Source: Trichoplax adhaerens
Lineage: Eukaryota > Animalia > Placozoa
Direction of reading: 5' to 3'
DNA: 64,000 nucleotides
Assembly (NCBI RefSeq): GCF_000150275.1
Contig: NW_002060967.1
Span: 310,001-374,000, forward strand
Shown: positions 1 through 15,415 of the stretch, piece after piece
How positions within the stretch are numbered: position 1 is the first letter of the stretch
How the letters are laid out: every line of letters begins with the position of its first letter
Position numbers and translations under genes: made by a program
Notes under the pieces: generated by a model
What the model saw: only the letters and a program-made list of their open reading frames with translations
Databases searched by the model: none
Told to the model about the DNA's origin: nothing

Positions 1-363
1 TCACTGCTTCCCTGACAAATACGCTATTCAATCGTTTCCCTGAATAAAAATGAAAGAGAATCAAATCCTTTTCTCTCTTACATTACCTTTCACTTTTTCA
101 TCATGTGCTTGTCTTTCTAACTTTCTCCATCATCATTCAACCGTGTTGTCGTCTTCACCAGCACAAAAATGAATCAATCTCAACGGGATAATTAGCGTTA
201 ACGTAACTTCGACATTGAAAGACAGTCCTTTCTCTTTTCTCTTTTTTCTTTTTTGTCTGTGTGTGTATTAGACTAGTTCTACCCGATCCAATAAAGTAAA
301 CTTCTAATTTTGCTACTTCAAGCCTTTTCTTATTCCCATCATGATAATCAACGACGAACAAGT

Positions 364-650
364 TCAAGAATACAGCTGATGATGATGTATTTTGTTGTTG
401 AAATTTCTGATATTTTGGGCACATTTCCAGAGGGTATTCTCTGATATTAGTGGTAATCAACTATCGATCATTTGATGAACAAGGCATTTTTTTCCACCAA
501 CTGATTCCAACAATTTCAAGAATACAGCTGATAATGATGTATTTGTTGAAATTTCTGATACTTTGGGACACATTCGAGGGGATTATCTGATATTGGTAAT
601 CAACTATCGATCATTCTATGAACAAGACATTTTTTTCTACCAACTCATTC
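364..650. repeat. Degenerate tandem duplication, ~150 bp x2
   Basis: ttcaagaatacagctgat...caactatcgatcatt...gaacaag...ccaact occurs at ~364 and ~515. Confidence 0.85.
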
Positions 651-1311
651 ACACTAGCGCTGGATGCGTACAGTATCTACATTGCCGTCGACTCATTCGA
701 CATGGTTGATAGTTCCATTTTATGCTTTGTACTGTATTGGCGTTAAGATTCATTCCATATCCGTATACTTTTTGCCTACAACAACGTACTCTCGTATTTC
801 TCAACCTATGATGTCGTTTCAGTAATTATCGCTTCATCAAGTTGTAATAATTTAAAAAATGAATGTCATTATCATCCCAACGCTAACCGTATAGAGTAGA
901 AGGATACATCCTTCTATTGAATGTTGGATACTGACAGCATGCAAGAATTTTACAAACCTGATCCCATTTCATTACATTAAGAATAAAGGATGCATTTTAC
1001 CATGCCATTGACAAGAAGTTACGCGTACTACTTATATCGAGTTGATCCCTTATATATTTTTTTTTTTCCCTTTACGCGTATTAGTCGTGAAATGGACATC
1101 GTAGAAAATCGTTTAAATGAACTAAAACGATGCACATTAGTTGCCGTTTTAATGGCGATGTTATAACCCTTTACATAATTTTCCTAACAATGTCCAACGC
1201 TTTCTTAAATGACACTGTTGACTTAAAATGTTTAAATGCATTTTAAACTTCAATTTACATATTACGATCCTTTTAATCTAATCCATAATCCATTTTCGTA
1301 TCCATCATTAG

Positions 1312-4300
1312 GATTTAGAAGATGATCTTTTACGAGACAGAGACAAGGAAGACGAGCAACAACAATCTCTAGTCCATGAATTGTGCATCAGACTACTTTC
1401 GGCTATTTACGGCAAGAACGTGAGGTAAGGACACTGTACACAATTTTTAGCAATTACTAAACATGATATCCATGAGACGAAAAGTACATCAAATGCCCAA
1501 AATATCCAAATTCACCACGAAAATAGGCGTTAAGCGCGCTTAATCAATCATAAACGATAGCTTTCTATGATTTAGAGATTGGAAAAAAAGCTACTAGTCT
1601 ATGTACGCGCTAGTTTTTGAGTCTACTTTATCCTACGATAACGGCATAAAGTACTATTCTATAAAGTACAAGATGGAAAATACCTTTATGGTAGCGCACA
1701 TAATTTGATTGAAACTGTAACTCAGTCAGATATAGCAATGGCCATTTCGATATTTGATCAACTTGCACGTCATTTGTCAGAGGATATCCGTAACAAATAT
1801 TTTTGCAAGGGTTAATAGAGTGTTAAAAAAAGGATGCAGATATTTTTCGGTATTTCTACCAAGATGTCACGTCATTTTCCATTACGAAGCTACTATAACT
1901 AATCGTTCATCTACGTTTTGAAGCAGACAATTTATCTTCACACCGATTGCAGTTGTTATTTTTTCTACTTTTACTTAAATTTTTTTTCATTCATGACTCA
2001 ATCTTTTGTTTCACTTTTACTTTGTTTCATACAGTAAGCGTCTAGTTTTAAACGTTCAAACATTTAAGCGGTCTCGTTAATTTTCTTGTAAATGATAGCA
2101 TCCTTGAAAATGATGTAAGAATTTGATTTTCTCTTTCATTATTGTTGTATTATTTTGAAAATAGTTAGCAAGTTTGATATATATATATGCTGTATACGCG
2201 TATACCCTTAAGTTATACCGATCTCTTTTCTTATACAAAACATTGAGCGTGGGTGATGATTACAGTGCCATGTTGCGCGCATGCTAATGGATTAGAGTAA
2301 AAGAAGTGGTAACTATTTAAATCTTACTGAGAAGATTATATTTTGAATCACTCTACATACAGTAATAAAACATAACAGTACAGTACTTAAGGAGAGATTT
2401 TGAACGTGTTTTGTATTGATAGGAACCCACAAATGAGGATAATTTAGAAAACAGTTCTGATATTAGTCGCACTAACTAGCGTTGTGCATCCAGTATGATA
2501 TACTATACCTACGTATAAACCAATAACCATTATTATTTATTTTATTTTATTTTATCATTATTATTTGTAAGTGACGAATGCAAGTTATACGGTAGTAAGA
2601 TACATGTGTACTGGAATAGTAGGTAATGAAGTTGTTCGTTTTATTATCCCACAAGAGCCAGATTGGCCACGATAGCGCTATACTGTGCATCTAAATCTTG
2701 AAAGCGTAAAATGGGTTTCCCATTCATTATCAACCTAAATTTCTTAATCTCCCATTTTCTTTTTAAAAATAATTATAATCATTTAATCAATCACTTAGAA
2801 TATTGTAAAGTGCAGAATAGTACTATCCCCGTAGATTAGCGCTATTCGAAACGACGCCAAAACAAGTCTAATTTAGCTTAGTTTATTAAAAAGATACATT
2901 TTTGTTATACATTTATAGCATTACAGTTTTGCGTCTTAAAATGTCTTGTTACACATGATAATTCACTAATGTACAGCAGTGTTATATCGACTCTAGTAGA
3001 AAATAAAAAATGTGTTGCTTGTTGTACAGTACTACTTGACAAAAGCGTACACCGTTACTGTTTACTTCTTGCCATTGAAGTTGGACACGTGCGCCTTGTA
3101 CAGTATACCAGGCGAAGTGATGCCATTGTGAAATCTGAAAAAGTAGTTGATGGTTACTGTATGCTTATCAGATCGATGATTTTTTCCTTGAGTTGATAAA
3201 AAAAAATAATATATGAACATATTACAAATAATTATTGGTTAGTTGTGGTGATATCATAATTAATCACAGCCTTCAGTAATGAATGATATAAGGGGAAAAT
3301 ATACTGATTTCTCGACATAAAATCTTGTACAATAAATCGCTTACTTCCTTCATCCTTTTAATAACCATTGTAGTCATACTTTGTAACGTTCATACTATTT
3401 TAATATGTAATATCAAAATAACCTGTAATAGAATTAACCTGATATGAAACAACATCAAGTGAACAAAATAGTTAACAATAATTCTACAATTGTCGAGTAT
3501 AAATTAAATAGTGCAGAAATATCCGTTCTTAAATGTAGTAGCGTTATACCATACTTCATTCCTTTGGTCTCACTTATAGGTATAGGACACTTCGTTGGCA
3601 AATAAAATATTTCACTTTATAATCTCGTAGCTAAGATACGTTTTTATGGTCGTTGTTGTACTGTAGATATATAAAAACTAGTACAATTTAATTTAAAGCA
3701 GCATTTGCTATCTCTACAAGTTATTGCTGTAGATCATTGAAACCACCGTACGTATTATTGCAAGGCAAACAACAGAGTTAACCATGAGAACTGTACAACT
3801 AGTAGTGATCTATAGTCATACACGTATGTTGCGGCATACAATATACTCGTATAAGTACGCAAGCACAGCTTTCCTAGATTACCAGTATGAAATTTATCGT
3901 GTAAATTAATTAAGAAAAAACTACCATTATATTATCGCATATCTGATAAATTGCATCCTATTGTTTTCCTGTATCTCAAATGCTATGATATGCCGATAGT
4001 ATACCAGTGACTACGGACTACTTAAAAAAAAAGAAAGAGTGTATTGCTGTTTCGTTTTTAGTGATCCCTACCGGCAGATATAATTGGCGTGTCCTGCAAG
4101 GATTGTGTTATACTATAATGGGATCGCTAATCCACTTTCATATTTACTCTGCACAGTATTAGTACAGTATTACAGAATATACACGTATATAGTTATATTA
4201 TACACGGTAATATTGGTGACCGACTGGTGGCTAACAATATTTTTAGTTAGTGTGAAATAGGATAAGGGGTAAATCGTCCGTTCTACAAGTATACCGATTT

Positions 4301-7300
4301 CGTGATCGCACTCGTACATCTTTCTTGAATGACGTTTTGAAATCTTCGCCGACATACAGTACGTACAATAAGTACGTGCCATTCACAGCCTAAGCGGTAT
4401 TCTAATGTTTACTAGCTTCGACAATCAAATACAGGGTATTTGCAGTAGTGTATAGTACGTACATGCTGTGAGCTTGTTTGTTACATTGAAATGGTATTTT
4501 TATAAATGCTAGATACAGTAGACAGATTAAATCATACCACTTGCTACTCTTCAGTTTGATAAGTATATTAAATTAATTTCAAAAATGTTTTTACGATATC
4601 TGTTTTACTAAAATTAAACCAAGGTACATCTTTAGTAGAACTTTACTTTAACAGATATACTGTACTAGTACAGCATACAGTATAATTAATTGACTGCGTA
4701 TAAATTAAAGTTAATCTGCCCTTTCTTTTACTGTTTATACCTGTTGATACTATCATCAACAAGCTTGCACAGTATTTTTGGTTTTTCTACGGCAACTACA
4801 TCAGTTCCTTTATAGAAATAATTTTGGTAGGAGAAAATTGTATCCCATTTAAACTATTCTGCTCGCCAGCTTTACCATATTAATCCCTGCTTTTTCGATT
4901 GTAAATTTTACAGTTTGGAAAACAATATGCTAAATGTTATTCTTTTTAATATCATTTGGAAATTTATAATATATCAGCACTAACTATTGCCATGTACTAG
5001 CTGATTTGCTAAACACGTTAATAATTCAATCAAGGCAATTCTTTGTGATTACGTGTTTATCATATTGATAAAATACTGTAATAAAGCCCTTATAACATAA
5101 TAGCTATTATATGAGTATGTCGCGATAGATAATTAATTCAAGATCTGAATTATTCGGTACATTACACCTGCACGGGGAATTTCATTTTGGACTAGTTGTT
5201 CAATGGGATAGAAAGGTTAAAAATAATTCGTTATAAGATCTGACGTTCAGGTGCGAGTATATGCAGATTAACTTATACCGTCTAATTACAGTATGATACT
5301 ATACACTTACTATTAATATCTATTCCAATGTGCATGGGATGCCCCGGTTACTACTTTAGGAAACATACAGCTATCTCTCTTCGATTTTGGTTTGATTTTT
5401 ACTTTTAAGTTGAATTATGATGCGTCATCACTTTTTTAGTCCTGTATGAAATAGTGTCGTATTTTAATTTTTTTGAATTAATTATTCTGTTTGCAGTATT
5501 TCCTGAGAATGTGCAATGTATCTATTTATGACAGTAGCAGAATATAGTCATTTATTAATCGTTAAATTACTATGGCATGTGATAATGTTGCTGGATTCAA
5601 CAATGATATCTATATGCAAGGAAAAGAAGATGTAAATCGGATTTCTTTATTCCTTTACACTGATAGCGATGACGAGTTTTCGACCTATCTGTTGGATATA
5701 TTAACGGTCAGGTATGAAGTGGAGGAGAATCATCCACATCCTTTATGTGACAGACAATTCGGGTAAGATTATGGTATTTGCTCTTACCAACGATTATGTA
5801 GGGTAGTACAATAATTCTTACTGTAGTAATCGCTAGTTAGTATAGAATAGAATGAATTTGAAGCAAATAAATACGTTACTAAATGATAGATTACATATAT
5901 TGGCATTTGTTCTCATATCAAATATCATTCAAGATTAGTTTTCACGTCGTTTTATTTCTCAATTCATATAAATAATAGCTATCGTAACAGTATACGAGCC
6001 ATATTATCATTTGTGATCATTTTATTTTATAACTCTTATTTAATTATTTGATAATTCTCTGGCCCTGTCTTACTATAGCCAATTAACACCCCTCGAAAGA
6101 ATCAACATCTTGCATAAGTTATGTGATTGGTCAATAGACAGTTTTGACGAAACTGTTAGGGTATGTAAATTATATATTCAAACTGCAATATATAATTAAT
6201 CATATTGATTAGTATATTGTGCTTGATAACGATTTAAGCTTACTAATTTATTTGTTCACCACAATAGGCAATCGATGCAGACGCTACACGTTTAGAACCT
6301 GTTGGAGTTGATCGGCATGGAAATAAGTATTGGTATTTTTTCGGGACAAGGTTATATAAAGAAGCAGTAAATAATAGTAGCAATAATAGAAAGAGATCTT
6401 CGAAAGCGAACAATAAGATTAAAAAGAAAGGTCGTGGTAGGCCAACAAAAAATAATAAGTAAGTACATATTTTGCTCTCCTTTATATGATACAAAGTAAA
6501 TTAATTAAATCTCAGATTAACCTGAGTTTATTGTATTTAAATTCATTGTATATCTTCGTTAGAGCAGTATACTAGATGTTAAAATATTATAGAAGGAACG
6601 TATTATATATGAATCTAGAAGTAGTAATTTAATCGAATTATTATCATTAAAAGTAATCAAGAAATTCAAAATGGAATGGTTAATAACAAGGAAAGTACAT
6701 TATGGTCAGTAGTCTGTGCTACTGCTGCGGAATGGTCAAAGTTAGCAAAATCTTTTCGGCAAAGTACCGACAAAAATGAAAAGTATCTTTACGCAACATT
6801 GTCAACAGATTTCGTACCAGAAATTCCTTCTATGATTATTCATAGGGTGCGTATTAATAATACTAAAGCGTATACAGTATTGACAGTAAAAACTTAAAAA
6901 TTATTTCTTAAGATTATAATCAAAGTTTTGATAGTATTGTAACATTAATAATATGTTGAAGAATGATATTTATTTTTAAATATCTTCGTTTGCATTTGGT
7001 TATTTAATACTAATAATTATAGGAATAAATTGATATTTTTTAACAACTTAGGAAAAAGCGGCTCATAAAAAGTTAATGCTAGAATTAATGCCAAGAAGGA
7101 CTTCTAATAGAATTGCTTCTAAGGTGGCGCGAAGAAATGAAGGCGAAGACTCTGTCAGTAGATTACTTTTATTTAGACTTCCATGGATTATTAATGTTAA
7201 TAAAAAGTGGACTAAGAATTTTGTTATCTATTTCAGATATATTTATTAACGTCAATTTTTAAATATAATGTCTAGGAGGAAGACGAAGATGAAGATGAAA

Positions 7301-10277
7301 GCAAAAAAGCTGAAGAATTAGCGCAGATTAGAATGGAAAGAGAGAAGGAAAGAAGGCAAAAAGAAAGAGAAGAGCAAAAGGCTGCTAAAGCTAGAAGAGA
7401 TAAGGGTAAATATAATGTAATTAAAGGCTTAATTAGAAGTTGATTCTTCGCTAAAGCTGGTTCATTTTCTTTTATATCACAATCGAAATTATCAATAAAT
7501 TACTTTTTAGATGGACTGCAAAGTCCGCATTGTTTATTGCTAAGTTAAAGTTTACTTTTACTTGTACTAAATTAAATTTATAGAAAGACAAGATCGCGCT
7601 GAGCGAGTTAAACTCAGACATGAACGAATTATGTGGCAACAAAGTGGTCTAGGATCACTACCAGAATACCTTCAAAGCAAAAATGATGGTAAAACCTATA
7701 ATGAAAGCGAAGAAGAATCAGTCGAGGACGAATATGAAGATTTATATATTGGCATGCACAAAAGTATTTAACACGAGTTATATGTATTGATAGCCTGTCA
7801 GTATTAGTTGGTTGTAGGATAATTGTAACATGTTGTTTTTTTACTTCATGTTTTTGATCCAACGTTGTACTGTACTCTTAAATTAATCTACTATATGTAT
7901 GCTATAACACCTCGCATTTGTAGTAATTGAAGTGTTTAAAAAGCATGAAGATTCTTGGCCCTTTATGGAACCAGTTACGGAAGATATTGCTCCGGGGTAT
8001 TTTGAAGTTATCGAGGTTGGATATTTTTTTAATTGTCTTAAAAATATTTGGGATGAAATTGACCCTTTATCAATATGTCAATATGTGTACAATTATTGAT
8101 ATTGAGGACGAAATTAGTATTTTCGTAATAATTTGTTAGCATTAATAATTGGAAATTATAATTAATGATATGCTTTAGCAACCAATGGATATTGAAACTA
8201 TCGAGAAAAAGTTAGAGAAACGAACATATAAAAAATCTGAAGAGGTAAAAAATATCTTTGCAATTGTACTTTAAATATAATTACCGTGTTCAGAATTTTG
8301 TGTGAATTACTATTAATTTTATTTTATTAGTATTTTTTGTGATAAAGATACTAACCGTTATGTCTTAACTATATTTTCTATTATAGTTTATCAGTGATAT
8401 GCGCTTAATATTTGCCAACTGTATAGAATATAACGGAGAAGATAACTGTATGCTTATCTACCTTATAACGTTTTTTATCAGTTAAGGCTTGTATAACATA
8501 TTGTACTTAATATCTATTATTACAATGTTATCGCTGCATTTTAGGTTATACTGAAATGGCTCATAAACTTGAAGCCATGTTCAATAAGAGTGTACAGAAA
8601 CATCTATTAGATGATGACAAAACAAGCGATGAAGAGTATAAGATAGAAAGCGAGGTATCTAGTGAATCCAGTGAAATAGAGGAGGACGAAAATGAGAACG
8701 ATTCTGCTCCTAAAAGAGCTAGAGGAAATATCCCACATCCACCTATATCAAACGGTGGTACTTTTACAGGTGTACAGAATAACTGGAATGGTCATCCTAA
8801 CAATGTGGTTATGTCGAATGTGGCACCTTATCCTTACCCTAACTATGTACACCATCCGCAATATGCGCCTTTTATTCATACTGGTCAATCCCCTATTAAT
8901 CAAAATTCTGTTCACGGTCATCCATTTCCTCATTATTATCCTACCGGACAACCAGTAGTTGACAATCACATGCACAAATCAATTGGTAATAATAATCAGC
9001 AACCTAATTATACCAATATACCAGCGTGGAATAATCCAATGATGGTAAATCATGGAGAATCTAGTGCCACTAGTGGTATGAGGCAAATGCAGGGTAATAA
9101 CAAAGGCCGTTTGCAACAATTATTAGAATTTGGGACGCAGCAAGCGCAACTTTTATCACAACCAAGGCATGTCTTTCCTTCAACTCCTCAACAACAAGCA
9201 CATACTCTGACTCCACCATATAACAATCATTTGCCTCATTCATCACCTCATCTTCCATCAGCTTCGATGATTCAGCAGCCGCATCAGCAATTTTTTCCTT
9301 CTAAAATGTCTCAACTTCCTAATAATCATGCTAATTTGACAAATACCGGAGGAGATTTGACCGTTAATTCGAAAGCAAGTCAAGATGTCTCTAATACATC
9401 TAATAGCAATCAACCGAATCGATTATCAGCAGGAAACCGTGAAGTAGCTCAAAATGCTGCTCGCCTAAACCTTCCAATGCCTTATACTGGAACGGGTGGA
9501 GTCGATCATGCATCTAATATAGCGCAGCAGTCAAATAGCTATAATCCTATGAAGGGACATGTACCAACTAACGAATACGCTAATTCTGTAAGTAATCAGA
9601 GTAAGCAAGGATCTGTAATTAATGCTTCATCTTATCCGGCGAGTACTGATAGTGGTAATAGTAATTCGTTAAATATTGAACGAGGAAGTTCTGTTGAACC
9701 AGTAATACAAAGCGCAAATGGTCATTTATCGCCGAATGAATATTTTCCTAATTATGGTAACGCACAACAATATAATCAAGGAACATTATCTAAGCAATTT
9801 TATCCGGATCTTAATTGGCAACCATCATACAATACTAGTAAAGAACCATACGATGGTACTGGTCCTATGACTCATTCACAGCCTGTTATGCAGCATCATT
9901 ATCCTGCTTATTTTCAACATCAATCCGTAGACGGTGCACATAATCTTAAACAGCAACAACAATATCATAACCCTCAATTTTATAATCCAGGATTTACTTC
10001 TGCCATAAATCCAAATACGTCAGAGTTTACCAATGCTATGCCACTTTTGAAAAATGGTGAAATTAGTAATCAAGCCAAAGGTAAGTTTATATGTTGATGA
10101 TTTCTCTATATCTGAAAATGTATATTGTCCAATGTATAAAAAAATGTGCTAGAATTATAATATTTGTATTTGGATGGGTGATTTAATATATGCTAGTTAA
10201 CTGCCTATATTATTGGATTGCTTTAAAAATATGCTATTATTTGACTGTATAACTTTCTAGATGAAGAATGCAGTTAG
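1312..10277 (+). CDS. CECR2: CECR2-like chromatin remodelling subunit (DDT/WHIM region, AT-hook, bromodomain, long low-complexity tail); first exon probably upstream of the window
   Basis: Phase-consistent GT-AG exons: 1312-1424, 5667-5762, 6079-6160, 6268-6458, 6654-6846, 7052-7153, 7276-7405, 7584-7763, 7924-8015, 8179-8244, 8387-8447, 8545-10080, 10261-10277 (stop). Peptides [62 protein letters not shown]-hook KKGRGRPTK and bromodomain [11 protein letters not shown]...PMDI...ANCIEYNG follow the order I recall for human CECR2. Confidence 0.9.
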
Positions 10278-11099
10278 GAACTATATACTCCTGTTTGTTT
10301 AAGAAGTCAGCACTGAAAGAATTCTTATTTCAAGAATTCATTTTAATGACAATATATCGATATTGTTCTACTTGTAAATGACGAAGAAAATTATGGCTGG
10401 TATAAGATCTGATCAATTTGGAAATATAAGTCGTACAACCAGACGCGAGTTTTATTAATTATAGGCATAATTTCATAAAATACATTGGAAGAATTGTTAA
10501 TAGCCTTATAGAAGTACTACTGCTATTTATGTTATATTATTCTTTGTTACATCAGAATGCATGTCTTACGAGTATGTATTAATTGTATAATGATAAAGCT
10601 AATGATCATCTAATAACTTTCTTTAAGTGAACAAATTTATGTACTGTGTTTAATTTATAAAATGTATTATTTCTTAATAGTTATCTAGTTTTTGTACAAT
10701 ATTTTACTTGCATGATAAAAATACCATTGTTAGTTTGTATATGCAATGGTATTTGTTACCTTATATACACAATTGCAACAGGAGAACTATGACTATAAAT
10801 TTAGACATGGAGAACAGTCTAGGAAAAAGGAACAAAGTATTTGACCGTTTTTAAAAAGATTTCGTATTGGTAATATTACCTTTGTATTGTATGGAAAATA
10901 GATGATTCAAATTTGGATGCGATTAGCTAGATTTTACACATCCATTGTTAAGTGTAGTACGATGTACCTATGATTATTACTATAGTATGTCTGTTGTGCT
11001 CATTTAAACAAGAATCGATTCCTATACTGTAGAAAGAAAGTATATATTACGATAAACTACAGTAAGCAGTAATGTTCAATTAATTATTCTCATCTTCGG

Positions 11100-11265
11100 A
11101 GGTAATAATTCTTATTGTTACTATAATTATTATTATTGTTAACGTTATTAATATTATTGTTACTATTATTATTATTATTAATATTGTTATTGTTATTATT
11201 ATTATTAATATTATTATTATTGTTATCACTATCGTTATTATTGTCATTATTGTTATATCAATACA
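11100..11265. repeat. Imperfect (ATT)n microsatellite
   Basis: Runs of att/gtt triplets; explains the poly-Ile and poly-Leu ORFs at 11080-11324. Confidence 0.9.
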
Positions 11266-14029
11266 TTGCAATATCGTTAACATTATTCTTGTGGCTAATA
11301 TTCTTACACGAGTCTACTGTATGATCATGATGTTACGTTATCCTAACTATAATGCTGTATTATTATCGTTAAATAGATTTTCTACTAATCGATTCCTTAG
11401 GTATTTCGCTACATACTTTTAATTTTACATTGCCGTAAATAGTTGGCTATCTTTAAAAATTGGTACAAGCAAACAACATTGTACCAAACCTACTAATGTA
11501 CTTATTAACTTATTAATTAGTTGTAATAAGTGTTGTACAGTTTGGGTTTTACTACATTTACATTGCTCTTATTAAACTTTGGCATTGGTTTAGTCTATTA
11601 ATTTATAACTAATGAAAGTGATAAAAGTACGTAGGAATATTATTCCTTGTATTTAATCCTCGTATGCACTATACTGAATATCTGGTGGGGTTGTTACGCG
11701 TTATTTTATAATTACTATTGGAAAGCTATAATTTCCCTTAAATTACAAGCATAATTCTATCGGTCACTGCGACTGGGTGCATAATATTACTGATGTTGTA
11801 AAGCAAGTGATTATGGCATTGCTACAGTATTTGACTTATCTCGAGGGTGTATCGTACTAGGAATGAAGTGACTGCTATTGGACCGATATACCGAAGAGAC
11901 GCATCGTAATATTAATGTAAGAAATGGAGATGTTAGCTTACGTGATTGGAGTAGACTATGCAAGAGCTATCATTCGTATACAGCAAAATCCACTTTTACT
12001 TTCTAATACAGATATGATCTATCCAATATATCAGTTTCCTGTTAGACCTAATTTTATTATACTTGTACTTGTAACGGTAAATGAAAGGGAAGAGCAAAGT
12101 CTAAAACTTTGCTGAATATTAATTTACTGTTGTTGAAGTATCGAGTGAACCACTATCAAAGCGTCGAGCAGTTAGATTAGTGCAGTATGTATAAAAAGAG
12201 TCTTGTTGAAGTAATATTCTACACACGTATCTAGTATAGTGTATGTCGTTAATGGCGTATTAGTTAAGTGCAGTAGTTATCACAATATGCTAAACACTCT
12301 ATTAGTACGGTACTATTTACTCTCGTTGGATTGTATAGGAGCTATAGTTGCGATGTATTCAGACGGTATTAGCACAGTACTTTGTTTAATTCAAATCGAT
12401 TTGTAATGCTTGTCTAACGAGCGTTTGCTACCGCTGCATGCTATATTTATTCATGCACAGCATTCACCGTATCCTGTATTAGGACTTTTGTAATGTCTCG
12501 TATTGTAATTGGCTTTTTTTTAAGTATAACTTAAAAATTTGGATACCGATGCGCAATTTCTCATTACTCTTTCTTAAAGGCTTGAAAATTTAACGCTGAT
12601 TAATTAATGTTTTGACGAATGTAGGCATGTCAAGAGTAGCGATGATAAGTTATAAATAGTAAATTCTGTGGGTTTTATCAGATTTACAAGTGCATCTTAT
12701 GCACGCTGCAACCTGTAGATAAAGTAGACTTTACGTAAAGTTATTGTTATAACTCATATCAGTCAATTTTTATTGAAAAAAAGTACAATTCTACTGAACT
12801 AGTACAGACAGCAAGAAATTAATTTTCATGGAACATTAGAGTGCTCTTCATCAGTGTATATACCCTGTTACCGTATATTGATAGCACCGTTTGTCCGTAA
12901 GTTATAGATATGAAGTTTATGAACTTTGAATATCAACTGCACATTTAAAGCATATTCACCTAATCAAACGGGAGATGTATCGAAAGACTATAGACGGTAA
13001 ACATAAGGTTAAAGTTGAACAGTTACAATTAGATATATATATACAATTGATTGCATTACTTCACAGTGTACATAAATGGCAGTGATGTTGATAATCACAT
13101 GATGAGAACAATTATTCAGACCTTATTGACTTTAGCTACGAGCTATTAATCTAACTTTATTATTATCTACAAATTGATCGTTACAGTTTATATTTATGCC
13201 GATTTATAACTATGAAATTGACTTTCAATAAAGTTTGGGTTTAGTTTTGTCTGAGAAAGACTAGTGGTGTTACTATTCCTCCTGACGATAAGAGATTGTC
13301 AATAATTAGAGTTGCAGTGTTGACCGACGTCAGGGAGGACTAACCTGAGAGTACTATAAACTGGTAGTGTCTAGTTTGGTGTATTAGTTCAATTTTTCCT
13401 CGTTTCTAAATTTAGATTGAGTACATCCCCTTATAGGCCTTATTGATATCGTCCTATACAGTGGAAAATGCCGTTTTTATCGTTGAATTCGCCTCCTTCT
13501 ACTACATACACTAGAATGATATCAATGAACCGAATCAATTTGGCAAGATTTGAACATTGCTGCGAGCATTGTCCAATTTCGTATATATGAAATTCAACCT
13601 TGAGCGAAAATTTATCCGAAATATGTATTGAATATGCAACTATTCTAATCAAAGACTAACCCCCTCTAGATCAACAGCAGAAACTGTGGTATAAAGCGTT
13701 TTAATAATTTGTCAAAGAATAATTTCACACTGTACGGTATACTCATAGTACAATTATATGAACTAAGCGCCTTGGACGACTTTCATGGCTAAGCATAGTA
13801 TCTGGTAGTCCATGGCTTCATGCCATATGACTGCATATAATCGCTTTCAAAAATGAAGTCACTAGTTCGGTGCTCACTGTAAATTATAAACCATTACAGT
13901 AATGCTTAAAAAGTACTATCAAGCACTTTTATGTGTACAGTATGTAGTAGTTTCAGCTAATTACAGTAGTAATTGAAGTACGGTAGCTTTAAGAAGTAGG
14001 ATAGTCTACTATGCTTATAAGGTAATTTT

Positions 14030-14825
14030 ATGATTGCTGATGATAAAACGGTGTACTGTACTTCTACTGTTCGTACTATGTTCATCTAAGGCCGTAGTAG
14101 ACAACTATATAAGATGATATTTTTGTGTAATGTCTTAATATAACTATAAGATAATATGCAATTTTTATCGTGGAGACCAAGTCGATTATCCGGTTTATCT
14201 TAGCCATTTTCGACTGTTATTATGAAGGAAGAAAAGTGGATTTCTTCTCTTGTCAAGCGTTCTATTCATGAAGGATACTTTTAAGATTAAACACGGTGTT
14301 TACCTGATCTTGTGTCACGTTCGAGATTTACATATAGTCCACTATGCATATAAGTTAATATCATGATTGCTGATGATGAAGCACTGTACTGTACAGGGTG
14401 TGTGGAAAGTCATTTGATATTTAAAGCGCCATTTAAATGACAGACGTTGGCAAATTGCCAAATATTTTTGGATATTTCTTTGTATACTAATGTTACGGAA
14501 TAATTTGGAAATTTTGGAATAAATTCAGCTGATGATGAAACAATGTACTGTACTTGTACTATGCGCACTATGTTGATCTAAGGCCGTAGTAGGCAACCAT
14601 ATAAGATGATATTTTTGCGTATGTCTTAATATAGTTATTCGATAATAAGGCAATGTTATGGTGGAGACCAAGCCGATTTATCCGGTTTATCTTAGCCACT
14701 TTCGACTGTTCATATGAAGGAAGAAAAGTGGATTTCTTCCCTTGTCAAGCGTTCCATTAATAAAGGATACTTTCAAGGTTGAACACGGTGTTTACCACAT
14801 CTTGTGTCATGTTGGGAGATTTTGC
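14030..14825. repeat. Direct duplication of ~290 bp upstream of BLTP3
   Basis: gctgatgat...ctaaggccgtagtag...gtggagaccaag...gaaggaagaaaagtggatttc...acacggtgtttacc at ~14036-14330 and ~14528-14822, plus a partial copy at ~14365. Confidence 0.9.
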
Positions 14826-15415
14826 TCAATTTTAATAGCTCAGATTTTGAGTTAGACGATTGCAAACCACAGAAATTGTAAAATCCAAGCCCTACAGCGT
14901 ACAGTAAAGTTCGTAACAAACTCATGGCGAAAGGTAATATCAGTTTTACAAAGTAGTTAGCCGATATCTTCACGCCTAGTGATCAACTACGAACATCCGT
15001 AGGAATTCAGTATGGCTGCATTTGCCGGCTACTACAGACAGACAATCAGATAGGACATGAAAGCCCCTATTGTACCATAGTACAAAAGACCTTTCACTGG
15101 ATCCAGTGGTAGTTTTGGGTCTTGTTGTAGTAGTCGATGGCTATCCTATAGTGGACTAGAGTCGAGTGTCGTATACACCGCTGGAGATGAGCTATCAAGT
15201 AACTGGTGTGCATCTTTTGACTACAGTTGTGTATAGTGGCGCCATCGTCAACCGTACACTACCCATAAGGTCTTGGGCTCAGACGGGCGGTCCTGGGATC
15301 GATGTTGTCCAGTTTATTTTTATTTGCTTAGATGAGAATTGAATTAAAAGTAGTTTTTCTTTTTTACAACAGCAGATGAGTCTTAAGGTCAGCATGCTCT
15401 TGGATAATTCTCATC

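Noticed and set aside
11080-11324. Poly-Ile and poly-Leu ORFs resembling membrane proteins
   Set aside because: Translations of an (ATT)n microsatellite.
11750-12115. Semi-open reading frame between CECR2 and BLTP3
   Set aside because: Several stops, no recognisable motif, no consistent splice sites.
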